Source of the DNA: the human T2T-CHM13v2.0 reference genome, Homo sapiens
Length of the DNA stretch: 64,000 nucleotides
Direction: 5' to 3' (one strand)
NCBI RefSeq assembly: GCF_009914755.1
Contig: NC_060936.1
Positions 54,791 to 64,000 of this stretch are shown here, one piece after another. The stretch's first letter is position 1; every line of letters begins with the position of its first letter. The notes under the pieces were generated by a model, which searched no databases, was not told the DNA's origin, and saw only the letters and a program-made list of their open reading frames with translations. A program made the translations under genes and the position numbers.

Positions 54791-55222
54791 CAATAGCAAT
54801 GACTTGGAACCAACCCAAATGTCCATCAATGATAGATTGGATTAAGAAAATATGGCACATATACACCATCCAATACTATGCAGCCATAAAAAAGGGTGAG
54901 TTCATGTCTTTTGTAGGGACATGGATGAAGCTGGAAACCATCATTCTCAGCAAACTATCCCAGGGACAAAAAACCAAACACCGCATGTTCTCACTCATAG
55001 GTGGGAAGTGAACAAGACAACACTTGGACACAGGAAGGGGAACATCACATACCAGGGCCTGTTGTGGGGTGGGGGGAGGGGGGAGGGATAGCATTAGGAG
55101 ATATACCTAATGTAAATGACAAGTTAATGGGTGCAGCACACCAACATGGCACATGTATACATATGTAACAAACCTGCATGTTGTGCACATGTACCCTAGA
55201 ACCTAAAGTATAATAGAAAAAA
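54787..55222 (+). mobile_element. 5'-truncated L1PA (about PA4/5) 3' end
   Basis: ORF2 C-terminus TWNQPKCPSMIDWIKK...HRMFSLIGG, G-rich 3'UTR, short A tail; no TSD seen. Confidence 0.93.
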
Positions 55223-55649
55223 GTATATAATGTCCAAAATCAAAGAGTGTCTGCTTTAACATTAGGGCACTGATTAGGAAGAAATGGAATCCTCAAAATT
55301 AGAGTGGGACATATTTTGATCAGCAATTTTGATGAAGCTGAGGACACTGAATTCCAAAATTCTGCAGTCATCTTTAGCAACAGCCCTTCCACACCTGTTT
55401 GAGGACATTACAGCTGCCTTCCCTGAGGAAATTAAATGAACTTTGAGACGCCTTGCAAGACTTTACTAATTCTACTCAGAATCCACCCCCATCACCCACC
55501 TTGCTTGTAGACCTCTAATTAGACTCAAATCCTAGATGAGCCAAAAAGGTGAAGTGCAAAGTGTGGCCCATGAAGAGTTGCACTATACTCCAAAAGAACC
55601 ACATGATTTTTTCTAACTCATACAGAGAAATTTGAGGAATGTGTTTATT

Positions 55650-58330
<2,681 letters not shown>

Positions 58331-58982
58331 TCTTATTGGATTATAGTGATTTTATTAGGCTATCAGTAAGTAAACAAGGTATTTTTTAAAGGAGACATTG
58401 AATCACTCTATAAAATATGAAATAAACTCTTTCTTGATTAAAGTCTTTGGATACAAGCTTTCAATTCTTTGCATAATAATTATTGTAAAATATGATAACA
58501 CATGCTTGAAAATGAAAAGACTAAAATATAAAGATTTATTTGTTCTATCCCCTGAAAAGACAGCACTGATTCTATCACACACAGATATAGGTATTTATCT
58601 TCCTATAGATCATACCTAATATTCTCAGAGTTGATAATATATTAGAGAATTATAATGCATATCATATATGTATCTCTCAGGTTACAGAAATTTCAAATGG
58701 TGTAGTAAAATTAATTTTTTGAGGTCCAGGAGATTATCAGATTAACTGAATCATAAGGTGACTCACAAAATATATGAGAGTAAACAATTATATATAGTAG
58801 AAAAATATATCTGAATCTGCATTCATTTTTGAACTATGTATTTACTCTACCTAGATGCAAATCTTTTCCCCAGTCTGCCTGTTTCCCATATTATTCCCAT
58901 ATTATATGTAAATATTTCTATATAGACATGTATATAGAAATATATAAACATACATATGTATCAGTCTGCATATTTATGTATG

Positions 58983-59235
58983 TGTGTTAGTCTGCCTGAA
59001 GCTGCTATAACAAAACATCACAGACTGTGTAGCTTAAACAACAGAAATTTAGTTTCTCACAGCTCTGGAGTTTGGAAGTCCAAGATTAAGGTGCCAGCAA
59101 GGTTGGTTTCTGGTGAGGCCTCTCTCTCTCTCCTTGGTTTGTAGAAAGCACCTTATTGCTGTATCCTCACATGATCATTCTCTGTAAGAGAGAGCTCTTG
59201 TCTCTTTACCAACTAAAAAGGACACCAGCCCTGTT
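58983..59235 (-). mobile_element. MLT1A-type LTR, partial
   Basis: tgtgttagtctgcctgaagctgctataacaaaacatcacagactg...aaaaaggacaccag. Confidence 0.8.
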
Positions 59236-60275
59236 TGCCTAACAAGGCAAATTTCCTTAGATATTAAGGCTCACGCATAATCCTCTTTGGTCTGATGCGC
59301 TGCCTTTTGGGTCCACTGGGGTAATAGCGTCACCTCCCCTACTCTGCACAGAAGCCCCATCCCTGTGGCCTGGGCAGCCCTGCCCCTGAGGTACTGGGCA
59401 GTGGCATTCTGCCCTGCTGAAACCCAGGAGGTGGCCCTCTTCCTCTGAGACCAAAGAGAAAACACCTTTGCCTTGTTGGGTATGTGATGGGAGTAGCAAC
59501 TGTGCTGCTCTCTGAATCACTTTCAGGGCTGTTCTTCCTATTTCTTGAAGGATAATGCATGTTTGAAGCCAGTTAATTCTATTGTCTTGTTCTGCAGAGT
59601 CCCAGAAGTCTGACAGCCTTCCTTTATTACATCCAATTCTCTCTGTTTTGTTTATTCCAGCTGTCAGTGCTTCTGCTGATGTAATTCCATCTCCGTTCCT
59701 GTCCTCAGCAGAGATGGCTGATTAAATCCATAGGTAATCTCTTTAAGGAGCAAATTTCCAGCCACACACTTTGTCTCTCTAGAACATGCTTTCCACTTTT
59801 TGCAACATAGTTAGTCTGATAATTTTCCAAAACTTCAAATTTCCAGCCACACACTTTGTCTCTCTAGAACATGCTTTCCACTTTTTGCAACATAGTTAGT
59901 CTGATAATTTTCCAAAACTTCAAATCCTGGTTCCATCTTGCTTAAAAATTTCTTCAATTTGTATATCTTCTCTCACATTTTACTCTAAGCAATAAGGAAA
60001 AATCCAGCCTCACCTTCAACACTGTGCTTCTACATCTCTTCTGCCAAATATCCAAGGACATCACTCATATTTTACCTTCCACAAGAGACTAGAACACAAT
60101 TCAGTGAAATTCTTTGCCACTTTATGGCAAGACTGCCTTTCCTCCAATTTCCAATAACATATTTCTCACCTTGAGACCTCACCAGAAGCACCTTTGTTCA
60201 TGTATCTACCAATATTCTGTTTAGGATAATATAAGTATTCTCTAAGATGAGACATTTTCTCTAAAGATCTTCTTA
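59236..60275 (-). mobile_element. MLT1 internal sequence
   Basis: aggctcacgcataatcctctttg...tttgccactttatggcaagactgcctttcctccaatttccaataacatatttctca resemble reverse MLT1-int. Confidence 0.65.
59751..59925. repeat. Perfect 85-bp tandem duplication
   Basis: 59751-59835 is identical to 59836-59920; CAAAT recurs at all three junctions. Confidence 0.98.
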
Positions 60276-60282
60276 TTTATCT

Positions 60283-60360
60283 GTATATATGTATGTGTGT
60301 ATACATATATACATATACACATATACATATATGTATACATTTATACACATAAACACACAC
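60283..60360. repeat. (TA)/(CA)/(TG) compound microsatellite
   Basis: Direct. Confidence 0.9.
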
Positions 60361-60363
60361 AAA

Positions 60364-60664
60364 AATTCTAACCTTCAGTCTGACATATTAGATGGGATCT
60401 TTGGGAGGCAATTAGGTCACAGGGTGGAGCCCTCATGATTGAACTTAGCACCCTTATAAAAGGAACTCATAGTTCTCTTGCCCTCTTTCTGCCATGTGAA
60501 GGTACAAGAAAATGGCAGTCCGCAGAGAGCACTCATCAAAACCTGACCATGTTGGCACAGTTATCCCAGACTTCCAGGCTCCAGAACTGTGAGAAAATAA
60601 ATTTCTGTTTTTTATAAGCCACCTTACTCTATGAAACGTTGTTATAGCAGCTCAAACTAAGATA
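60364..60664 (+). mobile_element. MLT1A-type LTR lacking its first bases
   Basis: ggtggagccctcatgatt...cagacttccaggctccagaactgtgagaaaataaatttctg...ttgttatagcagctcaaactaagata. Confidence 0.8.
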
Positions 60665-62077
60665 GACAGACAGATAGATACGTAGATATATAGAGAGATG
60701 ATAGCACATTTTTAACTGGAAACATCATCATCTTTTTAACTCAAAAAAGTAAAAGATGCATTCTTAGTAGAATTATTCTTACACAGGCAAGACATCTGCC
60801 TCTATCAATTCAAATGTATAGTCTAACTTCAGCAAGAATATCTCTGTAGGGGTAATTGTAATATCTGGTAAATAGTAAGCATAATTTATAGCTTAAGAGA
60901 GATTTACACTAATTTATACTTGACCAGAAATTAAAAAAATATGTCAATGAAAATATTGTTACAATAAACAACTCAGGAAATGGGAATTGTAAAGCTCAGA
61001 GCATGGCTCCCTAAGTTTCATTTAAGTAAGATCAGAATTTTTGGAATACTTCATTTTAAATCATGCATATTCAGAACACTGGCTAATGGAATAAAGTTTA
61101 GTAATATATTTAAATATGCAGTCTCAAAAATGTTGTCACTATGAAACATACAAAAACAACCAGGAGTATTTAACTTGAATACACAGTCTAAGTAGATGTA
61201 CATATACATAACCCATTACAAAGTCCTAAAACCGAAATCACTTCATTTTATCAGTAGAGTCTGAAGGCCATTCAGTCATTTGTTTTTCCCCTGGGATATT
61301 AGCACTATTGCAAAACCCAAAAAGAATATTTTTTCCACAATCTAATTTTTTTGACTAATCTGTTTGACTTTCTGACATTACATTTGCATTTTTTAGTAAC
61401 CTCTACAGTTATAAAACATTGCTTTTTAGATGAATTCATAATAAAAATTATTTTAATAAACCTTATGATATGTTTTTCTCGCATTTTCATTGTTCGCATG
61501 CATAGAAATTGCTTCCTATTCCATCAGATCTTCTCATTTTACTGGGGTATTTTTAAGTCAGTTTGAGTAGTTGTTCATAAACTTTTATTTTTATAAATTG
61601 TGACACTCTTGTGGGTAAAATTTACACTTTAACTAGGAATGATGGTTCACTATAGAATGATGCTTTTCTGACAGTTGTTGATTTGAGAGCATGTCTCTGT
61701 TAACTTTAATTCCATCTCTTTTTTTCCCTGTAATGCTCAAAATGCCAATACATCTTCATTTACCGGTTGAAAATTCCTCTTCCCAAGGCACCAAGGGTCT
61801 ACTAAAGAGTATGTCACTAAAACTGTTGCATTTTTGCAAGCTTGGGCATCACATATGGCTCACGCTAGACTCAGATAGCTGTGTGGAGCAAATGCTCAAA
61901 TCTGTGCCAGAATTTGTTCATTTTAACATCACTGGGACTTTCAAAGAACAAATGCCATCTATGTGAAAATAACACACTATTAAAGGATTTAATAGCGTTA
62001 CTCATAATGGTTACCTTAATGATAATGCTGAATTGATCTATTCTGAAATTTATTCCAGATTAAAACATCTTGATAGA

Positions 62078-62114
62078 CTGTTGCTGCTACTGCTACTGCT
62101 GCTGCTGCTGCTGC
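62078..62114. repeat. Interrupted (CTG)n trinucleotide repeat
   Basis: ctgttgctgctactgctactgctgctgctgctgctgc. Confidence 0.9.
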
Positions 62115-62839
62115 ATCCCTAGATTTTTCTTCATATGGCTATAACTTTTGATATGCCAATAGGAACCATATCAGTGACAGAAGAATAAGGATGCTCGTGG
62201 AATCCTCAGGGATAGAAGCAGCAGTGTGTAGCAGCTGGAGTATGAAGGCTTATGGCAGAGGCAGCAGTGAGTGGAGGCAGAGACAAAAAGGAAGGATCCA
62301 GGGTAATGCAGGATTAGCAGGAGAGATGACAATGTTAAGGGACAGTTTAGGGGAAAAAGTAGAATTTTGTTCTAAATAAGCTGCATATTCTGATTTCAGT
62401 GCTCAGTCCATTGTATTTTTTTAAGTTTTAAAAAAATTCCAAGTTATATTTTATTTCCTCATTCATAATACAATAATAAGCATATATTAATATTTAATGT
62501 GTGTGTTTTTTATGTGTATTTCATGCCCTGGGTCTGTTGTAGATATTGGAGATATAGTGTAAATTAACAAAATATTTTAAGAATTTCTTCCTAATTGAAG
62601 GTGGCATTCTGGTCTATGAAATCATATACTATAGAACAAGCATATATATTGTCATAATTATTAATACAATGAATGTAAAATGCTTAGTGAAGTACATAAT
62701 GTAAATATTAATCTCTAAATAAATGTAACATTGTTATTTTTGGAAAATGTGTATCACTAATGCCATATCAAAGAGCTAAAAACTCAAATACATAAATCAT
62801 CTTCTAAAACTTGCCAATGAATATTTTATACAATGTTTA

Positions 62840-63675
62840 TAAATTAATGTTAATATTTATGTATAATGAAATGCAAAGCTCTTAAGTGTATATTAAGATG
62901 AATTTTGACACATGAATGCACAGTACAAGTAATAACCAAATCAGAATATAGAACATTTCCATCCCCAGAGAATTTCCTCATGACCCCTTCCTGTCAAGCT
63001 CTTCTCTACTCAAGCCCTCTATATTTATATTTCTATTCCCATAAATAAATCTAGCTTGTTCTGTAACTTCATCACAATGGCACAAATAGTATGTATTTGT
63101 TTTTTTTTTTTTTTTTTTTGATCTGGCTTTTGTTTTTTTTTGGTCTGGCTTTTGTTTTTTTTTGAGATAGAGTCTTGATCATTGTTGATTTTATTACTGA
63201 ATGTATTATTGCATTGCATTTTATGAATATACTATAATTTTTAAATCAATTATTCTATTAATGAACACTTGGTAGTTTCTAGTCTTTGACTCTTACCTAT
63301 AAAGCTTTCTAAATATCCTTGTACAAGTAGTTTTGTAAACATGTATTTTCACTCTTTAGTAAATACCTAGCTGCATTATGGTGCTTTGTAGGAAACTACC
63401 AGATACTTTTCCAAAATGGTTGAAAATCTTATACACTACCAGTATATTAAGAGTTTATGTTGCTGCACTTCCTCCACAACTTTAGTTGTCATCAGTTGTT
63501 TCAATTTTAGGCCTTCTAGTAGATAAAAGGCCATAGTCATAGCTCATTGTAGTTTCAATATTTGTTTCCTTGATGACTGATCAAATAAGCACCTTTTTAT
63601 GTTCTTACGGGACATTTGTGTAGATTTTGCTCATTTTTCACCAGGTTTGACTTTTTTATGTATTTTGCATACAAT
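62840..63675 (-). mobile_element. Old L1M (MB/MC) 3' region
   Basis: atgaattttgacacatg...atagaacatttccatccccag...taggaaactaccagatacttttccaaaatggttg. Confidence 0.7.
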
Positions 63676-63690
63676 TTGTCAGAGAGATGG

Positions 63691-64000
63691 TGTTACGGGC
63701 TGAACTGTGTCCCCCAATATCCATATGTTGAGACCTAAAATCCCCAATGTGACTGTATTTAGAAAGGTGTATAAGGACGTAATAAACGTTAAATCAGGTC
63801 ATGAAAGTCTTAATCTAATAAAACTTGTTTCCTCATAAAAAGAAGACACACCAGAGATTTCTTTCTCTTTCTGAACAGGCACAGAGGAGAGGCCATGTGA
63901 GGACATGGTGAGAAGGCAGCCGTCTACAAGCCAGGAAGAGAGGCTTAACCAGAAACCAATTGTGGTGGCACTTTGAAGTTTGACTTCTAACCTCCAGAAC
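63691..64000 (+). mobile_element. MLT1B-type LTR running off the window end
   Basis: tgttacgggctgaactgtgtccccc...ggccatgtgaggacatggtgagaaggcagccgtctacaagccagg. Confidence 0.85.

Larger units (their letters stand above)
54148..55640 (+). mobile_element. ERVL internal (leader/gag) remnant, interrupted at ~54666-55235
   Basis: Follows the LTR directly (aattttggtgctgggaatggttctag); gag-like LDKVGTEKDELMVSNSQLK and agggcactgattaggaagaaatggaatcc. Confidence 0.75.

Noticed and set aside
62078-62114. CTG repeat as an expansion or polyQ locus
   Set aside because: Short, interrupted and not in a supported exon

Overview
AT-rich, CpG-poor primate (human-like) genomic DNA with no recognisable protein-coding exon, CpG island or intact RNA gene, consistent with a gene desert or large intron. 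Much of the window is interspersed repeat: 11 Alus (J, S and Y types), L1 fragments including a 3.9-kb 5'-inverted (twin-primed) copy, a complete THE1A-type MaLR provirus, several MaLR/ERVL/ERV1 solo LTRs, an MLT2/ERVL remnant, hAT MITEs, L2/MIR relics, microsatellites and a tailless 5S rRNA fragment. The ORFs in the track are repeat-derived or chance. I found no support for a new gene system. The notable signal is a set of DNA-repair and retrotransposition scars. The strongest is a ~225-bp fold-back palindrome at 54566-54790 fused to the 5' end of an L1PA insertion that lacks a TSD. Others are a templated-insertion scar at ~23310-23390, a micro-inversion at ~11200 and perfect 47-bp and 85-bp tandem duplications. 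Subfamily names come from recalled consensus sequences, not a database search, and boundaries of old repeats are approximate.
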